A stretch of 64,000 nucleotides of DNA from Microbacterium sp. (lineage in GTDB: Bacteria > Actinomycetota > Actinomycetes > Actinomycetales > Microbacteriaceae): assembly GCF_047606385.1 (NCBI RefSeq), contig NZ_JASGEL010000091.1, positions 1,785-65,784 on the forward strand, read 5' to 3'. The translations under genes were made by a program, and so were the position numbers. The notes beneath the pieces were generated by a model. The model made no database searches. It saw only the letters and a list, made by a program, of their open reading frames with translations, and had not been told where the DNA came from. Positions 17,589 to 26,039 of the stretch are shown piece by piece. Within the stretch, counting starts at the first letter, position 1, and each line of letters starts with the position of its first letter.

Positions 17589-18734
17589 TCAGCCGGTCAG
17601 CCCGCCGTAGTCGGTGTTCTTGTCGCGCCACACCGCGTGCGGGTGGGCGCCGGAGAGCACCACGCCGTTCTGCATCGAGAACTCGATCCACACCGACGGT
17701 CCGTCGATGCGGATGTAGTCGCCGGTCTCGCTCATCGCGGTCGTGCCCGAGTACGCCACGTACGTGTCGTCGAGCTCGCTCTCGTACTGGGCGAGGATGG
17801 TCGCGGCATCCGCGTCGTCGATGTCGTCCACGTAGGTGTTGATCGCCGCCAGCAGCAGCGCCTGCTGGTCGTCTGTCAGATCGGACCCCTCGACCCCTTC
17901 GGACGTCGTGGGGAACGCCCAGTCCTCGCCGGGACCGAGCAGGATGTCGTTGTACGAGGTCGAGAGCTCCGCCGACGCGAGCTGCGTGGCGTCGAGCGAG
18001 GTCAGCAGCGCGGCGAAGGCGGCCTGCTCCTGCTGCTCGGGCTGCACGGTCACCCCGTCCTGCTCCACGGTCGACATCGGCTCGATCCCGCGGAAGGAGG
18101 GCGTCGCACCGACGAGGGCGCCGTCGGTATAGGTGTTGGCGACGGCGAGGTGGTGGCCGCCGAACTGCAGCTCCCAGGTGCCGGAGTCGCTCGGAGTGCC
18201 CAGGTATGCGATGAAGAAGTTGCCGCGTCCGTAGTCGGACCCGCCGCCGTTCGCCTCGAGATAGTCGTCGGCCGCCCAGTGCTGCAGGATCTCGTCGAAG
18301 CCCTCGTTCGCTGCGGTGCCGGTGACACCGGCGAGCAGGTCCTCGAGCGCCGACCACTGGTCGTCGGAGAGCGAGTCCGTCTGCAGCCCGACCCGTCCCC
18401 CGCTGGTCGAGGAGTCGCCGCCGGGCCCCCCGCCCATCCCCGTCAGCAGCGCGTTCGGGAAGTTCGACCAGTCGGCCGCGTTCGCGAACGTGTAGTCCTG
18501 GGAGAGCGAGGACTTCTGGTCGTCGGACAGGGTCGCGGCGAAGGCTTCCGCCAGCGCGACGACGTCTCCGGAGGAGGACGAGGCGGACGCCGTTGAGGTG
18601 GCGGTGGCGGTGGCCGTCGCTGTCGCGGTCTCCTCCGTGGTGGCGGTGCTCGTGCAGCTCGCGAGCGCCGTGGTCAACGCGAGGGCTCCCGCGCCGGCGA
18701 GCCAGGCACGGGGTCGCAGGTTCTTGGTGTGCAT
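17589..18734 (-). CDS. DUF3500-family lipoprotein
   Basis: 381 aa. Lipobox LASC, a (TA)n/Ser-rich linker, and a DUF3500-like body (FGGHHLAV, WIEFS). Its stop is 1 nt from the HupE start. Confidence 0.7.
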   Translation of the reverse strand: MHTKNLRPRAWLAGAGALALTTALASCTSTATTEETATATATATATSTASASSSSGDVVALAEAFAATLSDDQKSSLSQDYTFANAADWSNFPNALLTGMGGGPGGDSSTSGGRVGLQTDSLSDDQWSALEDLLAGVTGTAANEGFDEILQHWAADDYLEANGGGSDYGRGNFFIAYLGTPSDSGTWELQFGGHHLAVANTYTDGALVGATPSFRGIEPMSTVEQDGVTVQPEQQEQAAFAALLTSLDATQLASAELSTSYNDILLGPGEDWAFPTTSEGVEGSDLTDDQQALLLAAINTYVDDIDDADAATILAQYESELDDTYVAYSGTTAMSETGDYIRIDGPSVWIEFSMQNGVVLSGAHPHAVWRDKNTDYGGLTG

Positions 18735-18800
18735 GCCTCAAAGCGTAGGGGAACCCTGCCGGGACCGCGACGTCCGCGGTCCGTTCGAGCGTCCGCGGAG

Positions 18801-19868
18801 CTACGCGGTGGCCGCCTCCAGCGTCGCGGGCGGCACGTGCATGGTGGCGCGTGCGCGGAAGTGCCCGATCAGCGTCAGCACGACCCCCAGCGCGACCCAG
18901 CCGATCAGCGTCCACCACTGCTGCGAGTCGTCGGCGGCCGGGAAGTAGCTCAACGACCGGATGAGCCAGTTGGAGGCGCCGGGCACGAAGAACTGCCCGA
19001 TCTGCCCCCACGGCTGCGCGAGGAACTGCCAGGGCGTCGAGGCGGCCGACAGCGGGTTCGCGAACAGCACGGTCACCACCGCGCCGATCCCGATGCCCGG
19101 CGAGCCCAGCAGCGACGCCCAGCCCACCACGAACGAGCTGGTCGCGAGCACGGAGAGGCCGATCGCCAGGGCGTTGAGCCAGAAGTCGCCCTGCAGATAC
19201 TCGAACCAGCCCTGCATGACGAGGGTGATCAGCAGTCCCGCCGTCACCGCGAAGCCGGCCAGGGCCGCGAGGCGGCGGACGGCGCCGACGACCAGCAACG
19301 ACACCAGGACGCCGCCCAGCATGCCGCCCAGCATCATCGGGAAGGATGCCGCCGCCAGTCCCGCGCCGGTGGAGTCGGTGTCCGACAGCGACACGACGGA
19401 GGTCACCGTCACCTGCGCGGTGCTCGCGTCGCCACCTGCCGCGGCGATCTGCTGCGCGAGCTGAGCCTGCAGCTGTGACGCGACGCTGGTCAGCAGCGAT
19501 GCCGCCGTGCTGCTCGCCGCCGGGGCGGTGAGCACCTCCGGCATCCCGGTGTCGGAGAAGACGATCGCACCGTACGTCTCGCGCGTCTCGATCTGCGAGA
19601 CCGCATCCTCTCGATCGTCCGCGGCCACGAAGTCGAAGGTCGTGACGCCCTGCTCGCCCAGCGCGTCCTCGAATGCGCTGACAGTCGCCTCCGGGCCGGC
19701 GATGCCGACCGGCAGGTCGTGCGCGGCGCTCGTCTTGGTAGGCCAGAGGAAGGCCAGGACGATCAGGACGACGACCAGGGAGCCGGCCGCGCCGAATGCG
19801 ACGGCGACGCCCCACTTGGTGTGCGGACGAGACGGAGCGGCGAACACGCGGACCTCCAAAAAGAACAT
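18801..19868 (-). CDS. ABC-2/YhgE-Pip-like integral membrane protein
   Basis: 355 aa with an N-terminal TM, a large extracytoplasmic loop and about 5 C-terminal TM helices. The true start may be GTG 19847. It is divergent from a TetR gene. Confidence 0.55.
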   Translation of the reverse strand: MFFLEVRVFAAPSRPHTKWGVAVAFGAAGSLVVVLIVLAFLWPTKTSAAHDLPVGIAGPEATVSAFEDALGEQGVTTFDFVAADDREDAVSQIETRETYGAIVFSDTGMPEVLTAPAASSTAASLLTSVASQLQAQLAQQIAAAGGDASTAQVTVTSVVSLSDTDSTGAGLAAASFPMMLGGMLGGVLVSLLVVGAVRRLAALAGFAVTAGLLITLVMQGWFEYLQGDFWLNALAIGLSVLATSSFVVGWASLLGSPGIGIGAVVTVLFANPLSAASTPWQFLAQPWGQIGQFFVPGASNWLIRSLSYFPAADDSQQWWTLIGWVALGVVLTLIGHFRARATMHVPPATLEAATA

Positions 19869-19915
19869 GTGATTTGTTTGCGTCGCCAGCGTAGCAGAAC
19901 GCGTATTCTTTTTGT

Positions 19916-20506
19916 ATGCCTCGACTCACGGATGCCCGGCGACGGAGCCGGCGCGACCAGATCGCGGACGCCGCGATCCGTTGCTTCGCCCGGCAGGGCT
20001 TCGCCCAGACCTCGATGGCGGACATCATCGACGAGTCGGGCCTGTCGGCGGGATCCATCTATTCGCATTTCGCCAGCAAGGCCGAGCTGGTGCGGTTCGC
20101 CTCCGCCGAGATGCTCGACTCCCGGCTGCAGGAGCTGGCGGAGCTCTTCGCCGCGCAGGCGCCCCTGACGCCCGGTCGACTCGTCGCGGTCACGCTCGAC
20201 ACGTTCCCCCCCGATCGCGAGCAGGCACAGCTGCTCCTGCAGATCTGGGCCGACCTGCCCCGTGACCCCGAGCTGGCCTCGATCGCCCGCACCAACATCG
20301 GGAAGGTGCGCGACCTGATGCGCACCGCCCTGCGGCCGTGGGCGCGCGACCAGGCAGCCGTGACGGATGCCTCCGCCACCACGATCGAGGCCGAGGTGGC
20401 GGAGGCGGTGATGGCGGCCGTGCAGGGCTACGTCGTGCGACTCGCGTTCGACCCGGATCCCGACCCCGCCGCCGTGCGCCGCGGTCTCGCCCGCGCCTTC
20501 GGCTGA
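19916..20506 (+). CDS. TetR/AcrR-family transcriptional regulator
   Basis: 196 aa with an N-terminal HTH (IADAAIRCFARQGFAQTSMADIIDESGLSAGSIYSHF). Confidence 0.85.
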   Translation: MPRLTDARRRSRRDQIADAAIRCFARQGFAQTSMADIIDESGLSAGSIYSHFASKAELVRFASAEMLDSRLQELAELFAAQAPLTPGRLVAVTLDTFPPDREQAQLLLQIWADLPRDPELASIARTNIGKVRDLMRTALRPWARDQAAVTDASATTIEAEVAEAVMAAVQGYVVRLAFDPDPDPAAVRRGLARAFG

Positions 20507-20516
20507 GGCGGCGACC

Positions 20517-20616
20517 GCGCCATAACTCCGCCTGACGGGCCGACACCGCGCGCCGCATCCGCGAGATTCCGCGACGACCCCGGACCACGCGCCCCGCCCA
20601 GGCGGAGTTATGACAC
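20517..20616. repeat. MITE/REP-like element, copy 2 (about 100 bp)
   Basis: The left end is (GCGC)CATAACTCCGCCT and the right end is AGGCGGAGTTATGACAC at 20600-20616. The interior shares GGCCGACACC...ATTCCGC with copy 3. Confidence 0.8.
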
Positions 20617-20648
20617 GCTCGGCCGCGAGCGCCGCCGCGTCCTGGAGG

Positions 20649-21515
20649 CTACCGGCCGACCCGGCAGCCGTCGTGCACCGCGCGCAGTCCGCGCAGCGCC
20701 TCGAGCACCTCGTCCGGCCGGTACATGATCTGCTCCGCTGTGGGGCGGAACGTCGCATACCCGAGCCGCGCCGCCAGGAGGTCCCGCTCGCGGTCCTTGC
20801 GCTGCTGCTCCCACGAGGCGTGGAATCCCTTGCTGTCGCACTCGACGATGAGCCAGCCGTCGAGGAGGAGGTCGACCCGGCCGACCCCGACGATCTCGAC
20901 CTGCACGTCGACGTCGTACCCTAGCGCCCGCGCCATCAGCCGCGCGAGCGTCTCCGGGCCCGACTCGGCGCGCTCGTCGACCAGGGCACGCAGCACCGCG
21001 AAACGACGAGGCAACGCCGTGAAGACCTCGCCGAGCTCGAGGAAGGTCACCAGCCCCCGATGAAGCGCGCTGTCGATCGTCGCCACGGCGTGCCGCGGCT
21101 CCTGGCAGAGCACCGCGTGGATCAGCGCGTCGACGATGCCGACGCAGGCGTTCGTCCCGTCATGCGGCCGCACGAGCGGGATCCAATGGAGTCGCCCGCC
21201 GCGCGTCTTCCGCGGCGGCAGGGGGGTGAAGCGGTCATGCGCGGACCGCAGCCGCGACGCCCCGCGATCGATGTGGACGTGCAGGCCCGTGTCGACGAAC
21301 ACGAACACGCCGAGCAGGCGCAACAGGCTGAGGCAGGTGAGACGGCCGCCGACGCGCAGCGCCCTGATGATGTCGTCCGGCACGCCGGCCCAGACGTACC
21401 TGTCACGCCGCGCGCGGATCAGGCGCCCGGTCGCGACCGCTGCGACCAGCCCGCGGCGGGTCATCCCGGAGGAGAGGAGGTCGGCGCGGCTCAGGCTCTC
21501 GTAACTCGAGTACAT
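20649..21515 (-). CDS. DUF559 (Vsr-like endonuclease fold) protein with AbiEi_4-like N-terminal domain
   Basis: Internal ATG at 21515 (MYSSYESLSRADLL...), 288 aa. The C-terminus VDLLLDGWLIVECDSKGFH...RDRERDLLAARLGY is typical of DUF559. Confidence 0.8.
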   Translation of the reverse strand: MYSSYESLSRADLLSSGMTRRGLVAAVATGRLIRARRDRYVWAGVPDDIIRALRVGGRLTCLSLLRLLGVFVFVDTGLHVHIDRGASRLRSAHDRFTPLPPRKTRGGRLHWIPLVRPHDGTNACVGIVDALIHAVLCQEPRHAVATIDSALHRGLVTFLELGEVFTALPRRFAVLRALVDERAESGPETLARLMARALGYDVDVQVEIVGVGRVDLLLDGWLIVECDSKGFHASWEQQRKDRERDLLAARLGYATFRPTAEQIMYRPDEVLEALRGLRAVHDGCRVGR

Positions 21516-21615
21516 GCCGACGACTGTCGCGACAACGGCACGGAGCCGACCACGCCGAAGCCGAAGAGGTGGACAACCCGGCGACGGCGACGGCCTGGGG
21601 AGAACCGGACGGCGC

Positions 21616-21715
21616 GTGTCATAACTCCGCCTCGGAGCTCGCGCCTGCCCGGCCGACACCCGGAATTCCGCACTCGGAGGAGACGTCGGCCGGAACGGAG
21701 GCGGAGTTATGACAC
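21616..21715. repeat. MITE/REP-like element, copy 3 (100 bp)
   Basis: GTGTCATAACTCCGCCT at 21616-21632 is the reverse complement of AGGCGGAGTTATGACAC at 21699-21715. Confidence 0.85.
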
Positions 21716-21784
21716 AGCGCACGACCACGACCCGGACCGCACCCCCGCGCCGACGTACACTGACCGGGGCGGGAGGAGACCGGC

Positions 21785-22057
21785 ATGCCCGACAACAGCG
21801 GCGACGTCGACGGCATGACCGCCGAAGAGGCGGAGCGCATCGTCCGCAACGCCGGCGCGGGCAGGCTCGACATGAGCGATCCCGAGATCCGCAAGCTCGT
21901 CGCCACCGCGCAGCGCAGCATCGCACGTCACACCCTCTGGGGGGACGTCAGCGGCACCCGGCATCGCCGATGGGTGATCGGCGGCATCCTGTTCCTGCTG
22001 CTCTGGCTGATCGGGCTGGCGGTGCCGTTCCTCTCCACCTTCGTCTGGAGCCGCTGA
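21785..22057 (+). CDS. Hypothetical small membrane protein
   Basis: 90 aa with a soluble N-terminus and a C-terminal hydrophobic hairpin (WVIGGILFLLLWLIGLAVPFL). Confidence 0.45.
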   Translation: MPDNSGDVDGMTAEEAERIVRNAGAGRLDMSDPEIRKLVATAQRSIARHTLWGDVSGTRHRRWVIGGILFLLLWLIGLAVPFLSTFVWSR

Positions 22058-22103
22058 CGTCCTCAGCCGTCGAGGTCGTCGAGGCCATCGGCGTGCTCGT
22101 GCG

Positions 22104-23321
22104 TCACGGCAGGGAGACGAGCTCCTCGTCGACGCGACGCACCGAGGCCAGTCGTCCCCGACGCACGACGCTGCGACTGCGCGCGCCGCCGGCCACCGCG
22201 GCGGCGAGCGTGGGCGCATCGAGCAGGACGAGATCGGCGACCGCGCCCATGACCGGCCCGGCTGGCGGCAGACCCAGCAGCCGGCGTCCCGCGTCGCTGA
22301 CGGCCGCGTACGCCTCCTCGATCGTCAGATGCGCGGTCATGACCAGCAGTGCCGCAGTCGTCAGATGGTCGGCGTCGCCGAGGGGGTTGATCGTGTCGCG
22401 CACGTTGTCGCCGCCGCCGGCGACGACCACCCCGTGCTCGAGCAGCCCCCGCACCGCCGTCACCCCGCGCGGGGTGGCCACCGGGCGGTCCCGCCCTTGG
22501 AGGTAGAGGTTCGTCGCAGGGCACGCGACCACGCCGACCCCGCCGGCCCGCAGCGCTCCCGCCGCCTCGGTCAGAGCCGCGGCCTCGAGCAGCCCGAGGC
22601 TCACGCAGTGGCTCGCCGTCACCGTGCCCGCGAGCGGCTCGGCCGCCACGGCACGAGCGAGCCGCACTGCGGTGAGCGAGGCCGGGTCGAGCCGCTCGTC
22701 GGCGTGGATGTCCATGCCTACGCCGCGGGCCCGGGCGATCGCGATCAGCCGGTCGACCTCGGCCGCCGGATCGGCCGCGGTGTGCGGCGACCCGCCGACC
22801 AGGTCGGCGCCGGCATCCAGCGCCGCATGCACGACCTCGTCGGGGATGTCGTTCTTGGGCAGCACCGCGATCTGCAGATCGACCGCGTCGCGGACGAGCT
22901 GCCGCACCCGCACGAGGGCGCGCACGCTGCGCAGCGGATCGGCGCTGGGGAAGATCTCGGCATGCGTGCGCACGGCCGTCACGCCGTTGGCGAGGTATCG
23001 ACGCACCAGCGCCAGCCCGCGACGCACGAAGTCGTCCTCGTCGAGCGTCGGCGCGTGCCGCTGCCAGGCGGCGATGCCCTGCAGCAGGCCGCCGTACACG
23101 GGCCCGATGTCGTCGACGACGAGCGCCTTGTCGAGGTGCGCGTGGGGCTCGACGCCGGGCGCGAGCACGAGCATGCCGGCCGCGTCGAGCTCACCGGCAG
23201 CCGGCGGGCGAGCGGATGCCGCGGCCACGTCGACCACGATGCCGTCCGCGATGCGCAAGTCGACGAGCGAGCCGTCCATGCCGCGGGCACCGCGCACGGC
23301 GGAGATCGGGTCGCCGGTCAT
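22104..23321 (-). CDS. Amidohydrolase, cytosine-deaminase-like
   Basis: Internal ATG at 23321 (MTGDPISAV...), 405 aa. Metal-binding PHAHLDK, plus MDIHADE and GGDNVRD motifs. ATGA overlap with the GntR stop. Confidence 0.8.
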   Translation of the reverse strand: MTGDPISAVRGARGMDGSLVDLRIADGIVVDVAAASARPPAAGELDAAGMLVLAPGVEPHAHLDKALVVDDIGPVYGGLLQGIAAWQRHAPTLDEDDFVRRGLALVRRYLANGVTAVRTHAEIFPSADPLRSVRALVRVRQLVRDAVDLQIAVLPKNDIPDEVVHAALDAGADLVGGSPHTAADPAAEVDRLIAIARARGVGMDIHADERLDPASLTAVRLARAVAAEPLAGTVTASHCVSLGLLEAAALTEAAGALRAGGVGVVACPATNLYLQGRDRPVATPRGVTAVRGLLEHGVVVAGGGDNVRDTINPLGDADHLTTAALLVMTAHLTIEEAYAAVSDAGRRLLGLPPAGPVMGAVADLVLLDAPTLAAAVAGGARSRSVVRRGRLASVRRVDEELVSLP

Positions 23322-23968
23322 TCCGGCCTCCTCAGCATTCGGCGCAGCACCCCGTCGACATGGGCGACGGCCGCCTCGCGCGCAGCCGTCGCATCGCCCC
23401 GGTCGAGGCCGTCGACGATCCGCGCGTGCTCGTCGTAGGCGTAGCGGCGGTTCGCCGCATCGTTCCACATGGCGCTGCGGTACAGGTGGGTGACGGTGTC
23501 GAGCCGTGCCAGCGTGCCGACCAGCGTCGGGTTGCCGGCGGCATCCCGGATCGCGGCGTGGAAGGCGATGTCGGCGAGACGGTCCTCGACCTCGTCGGCC
23601 GTTGCCGCCAGGCGCGCGCGCTGCATCTCGAGGCTCGTGTGCAGCACGGCGAGCGCGCCCGCGGAGATCCGGCCCGCCGCCAGCCCTGCGGCGAGCCCGT
23701 CGAGCTCGCGGCGCACCGCGAACGCGTCCGCGAGCTGCCCGTCGTCGATGCGCGCCACCCGGGCGCCGGCGTAGGGGGTGTGCGTCGCCACGCCCTCGGA
23801 GATCAGCTGCTGCACGGCGTCGCGCACCGGGCTGCGGCTCACGCCGAGGTCGCGGGCGAGAGCCGGCACGCTGAGGGCCTCGCCCGGCGCCAGCTGCCCG
23901 GTGAGGATGCGGCCGCGCAGGTCGAGCAGGACGTTCTCGGCCAGCAAGGGGGAAGCGGTGATGGACAT
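23318..23968 (-). CDS. GntR-family transcriptional regulator (FadR/FCD subfamily)
   Basis: 216 aa from ATG 23968 (alternative ATG at 23992). Winged HTH (LSVPALARDLGVSRSPVRDAVQQLISEGV) and an FCD C-terminal domain. Confidence 0.85.
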   Translation of the reverse strand: MSITASPLLAENVLLDLRGRILTGQLAPGEALSVPALARDLGVSRSPVRDAVQQLISEGVATHTPYAGARVARIDDGQLADAFAVRRELDGLAAGLAAGRISAGALAVLHTSLEMQRARLAATADEVEDRLADIAFHAAIRDAAGNPTLVGTLARLDTVTHLYRSAMWNDAANRRYAYDEHARIVDGLDRGDATAAREAAVAHVDGVLRRMLRRPE

Positions 23969-23978
23969 TGCATGCAAT
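23967..23978. promoter_or_regulatory. Perfect 12-bp palindrome ATTGCATGCAAT (island motif)
   Basis: It overlaps the ATG of the GntR gene. The core TTGCATGCAA is identical to the site at 50827-50836. Confidence 0.4.
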
Positions 23979-24086
23979 CGTAGGATGCTCATCGGCGCCC
24001 GCCACGGTCCTCCGCGATCTGGTAACACGATGGTTACGTGCCGGCAAAACGGGCGGCATGCGCCGGGGTTGTACTGGTTGTGCGGG

Positions 24087-24104
24087 CAGATTACATGCAA
24101 TCTG
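24087..24104. promoter_or_regulatory. Near-palindrome CAGATTACATGCAATCTG (candidate operator)
   Basis: 16/18 positions are self-complementary. It lies 63 nt upstream of the 2OG-oxygenase ATG in the divergent GntR/oxygenase region and is one mismatch from the TTGCATGCAA core. Confidence 0.4.
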
Positions 24105-24166
24105 CCGGGCGGTTCGCCGTCGCCCGATCGCGTCCGGGATTCGACGCATCCGTTCGAAGGATCACC

Positions 24167-25153
24167 ATGACCACCGCCGATGACATGCAGGAGCTGCAGA
24201 AGGAACGCCGGATGGGCGGGGAGGGCGTCGTGTCCACCCGCCGCGAGCTGCGCCGCATCGACCTCACCGACTTCGAGGACCGCTTCGACGAGATCGCCGA
24301 CCAGCTGTGGCAGGCGGCGACCGAGGTGGGGTTCTTCCAGATCGTGGGCCACGGCATCCCGCAGCAGGACGTCGACCGCGCGTTCGCGATGTCGAAGGCG
24401 CTGTTCGACCTGCCCGCCGAGGTGAAGGAGCAGTACCCGCTGCGCAAGGCGGACAACGCCGGCTACGAGTACCGCTCGCAGGTGCGGCCCTCGATCGGGG
24501 TTCCCGACCAGAAGGAGAGCTACCAGATCACGCGGCCGTTCATGGCCGACCTGTGGCCCTCCGACGCCGAGCTCGCCGGCTTCCGCGACGCCATCCTCGG
24601 CTTCGAGCACGAGTGCTGGGCGCTCGCGATGCGGCTGCTGTCGTGCTTCGCGGTGAAGCTCGGCTTCGACCGCGACTTCTTCACCCGCGCCCACGACCCG
24701 GAGCAGGACACCTATCAGAGCACGCTGCGGCTGCTGCACTACTTCGCGGTGCCCGAGGAGGCGCGCGGCACGGACGCGCCGTGGCGCGCCGGCGCCCACA
24801 CCGACTTCGACGTGCTCACGCTGCTGTTCCAGCGCGACGGTCAGGGCGGTCTGGAGGTGCTGCCCGGCAAGGAGATGGAGACCGAGGAGTGGACGGCCGT
24901 CGAGCCCACGAGCGACTCGATCACCTGCAACATCGGCGACATGCTGATGCGCTGGAGCGACGACGTGCTGCCGTCGAACTTCCACCGGGTGCGCGGGCCG
25001 CGCGCGGGCGAGAACCAGGACGCCCGCTACAGCATCGCCTACTTCGCACAGGCCAACCGGGACGTCGTGATGACGAGCCCCACCGACGCCTGGGAGCCCA
25101 TCACCGCGCGCGACTACATCCTGCAGCGCATCGCGGCGAACTACGGCGGCTAG
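24167..25153 (+). CDS. 2-oxoglutarate/Fe(II)-dependent oxygenase (isopenicillin-N-synthase-like)
   Basis: ATG 24167 with RBS GAAGGA, 328 aa. DIOX_N-like N-terminus (FFQIVGHGIP) and an H-x-D...H facial triad region (GAHTDFDVLTLLFQ...NFHRV). Confidence 0.85.
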   Translation: MTTADDMQELQKERRMGGEGVVSTRRELRRIDLTDFEDRFDEIADQLWQAATEVGFFQIVGHGIPQQDVDRAFAMSKALFDLPAEVKEQYPLRKADNAGYEYRSQVRPSIGVPDQKESYQITRPFMADLWPSDAELAGFRDAILGFEHECWALAMRLLSCFAVKLGFDRDFFTRAHDPEQDTYQSTLRLLHYFAVPEEARGTDAPWRAGAHTDFDVLTLLFQRDGQGGLEVLPGKEMETEEWTAVEPTSDSITCNIGDMLMRWSDDVLPSNFHRVRGPRAGENQDARYSIAYFAQANRDVVMTSPTDAWEPITARDYILQRIAANYGG

Positions 25154-25455
25154 GGCGTGTCCCGGCGCGGCGCGCGGCGCAGGTCGAACCACGCGTCCGC
25201 CTGCGCCCGCGCCGCGTCGGTGAGCACCGTGAACACGACGGGTCCCCGGTCCAGGTCGGCAGCGGCCTGCACGAGATAGTCCCGCAGCAGCCACACGTCG
25301 GCCGGGTCGGCGTCGTCGACGGCGACCGTGCGCCGCAGGCGGTCGGGCGTGACGTCGAGATCGGCGGCGACGGCGTCCGCGTCGCGCCCGACGAGCTCGA
25401 ACGCCCGTTGCAGCTCTGCGCGGGTCCGTTCCCGCTCCCGTGCGTTCAGCGACAT
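25150..25455 (-). CDS. DUF2316-like small protein
   Basis: 101 aa (MSLNARERERTRAELQRAF...). The assignment is from general resemblance only. Confidence 0.5.
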   Translation of the reverse strand: MSLNARERERTRAELQRAFELVGRDADAVAADLDVTPDRLRRTVAVDDADPADVWLLRDYLVQAAADLDRGPVVFTVLTDAARAQADAWFDLRRAPRRDTP

Positions 25456-25472
25456 GACACCGGCTTCGCGCG

Positions 25473-25877
25473 TCAGGCGCCGATGTTCACGAGCCAGCGG
25501 ATGCCGAAGCGGTCGATGAAGTCGCCGTAGCTGGCGCCCCAGGGGGCCTTCGCCAGCGGGGTGGTGATCTCGCCGCCGGCGCTGAGGGCGTCCCACAGCT
25601 CGGTCAGCCTCGCCTCGTCCGGCCCCGAGAGCGAGAGCGTGATGTTGCCGTTCTTGCGGAACGCGTCGAATCGTTCGTCCGCCGGCAGGTCCGAGCCCAT
25701 GAGCTCGATCTCGTCGGCGCCGAGGTAGGAGTGCATGATCGCGTCGGGGTCGGCGCCCGGCATCCCGCCGGAGCCGAAGGTCATGAACTGCGGCTCGCCG
25801 CCGAAGACGCTCGCGTAGAACGTCATCGCCTCGCGCGCGTCGCCGCTGAAGTGGAGGTAGGGGGTGAGCAGGGCCAT
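25473..25877 (-). CDS. VOC-family (glyoxalase/PhnB-like) protein
   Basis: 134 aa with a pattern typical of PhnB-like VOC proteins (MALLTPYLHFSGDAREAMTFYASVFGG...FGIRWLVN). Confidence 0.8.
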   Translation of the reverse strand: MALLTPYLHFSGDAREAMTFYASVFGGEPQFMTFGSGGMPGADPDAIMHSYLGADEIELMGSDLPADERFDAFRKNGNITLSLSGPDEARLTELWDALSAGGEITTPLAKAPWGASYGDFIDRFGIRWLVNIGA

Positions 25878-26039
25878 CGGAGTTCCTCACGTCGCCGGAC
25901 GACCGCACGGGAGGGCGATCGCGCTCAGCTTCGCGCTCGCGGGCCGGCACCACAAGCCCGCCGGCCGGATGCGCTCGGTCCGAGCATGCCGACTTCGATG
26001 AACCAGGAGCGCTCGCATGGCCGTCAGCACCTCCGGGCA

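Noticed and set aside
17584-20058. 824-aa minus-strand ORF
   Set aside because: It is an off-frame shadow of the DUF3500 and YhgE-like genes, with Arg/Gly/Asp-rich composition and no motifs.
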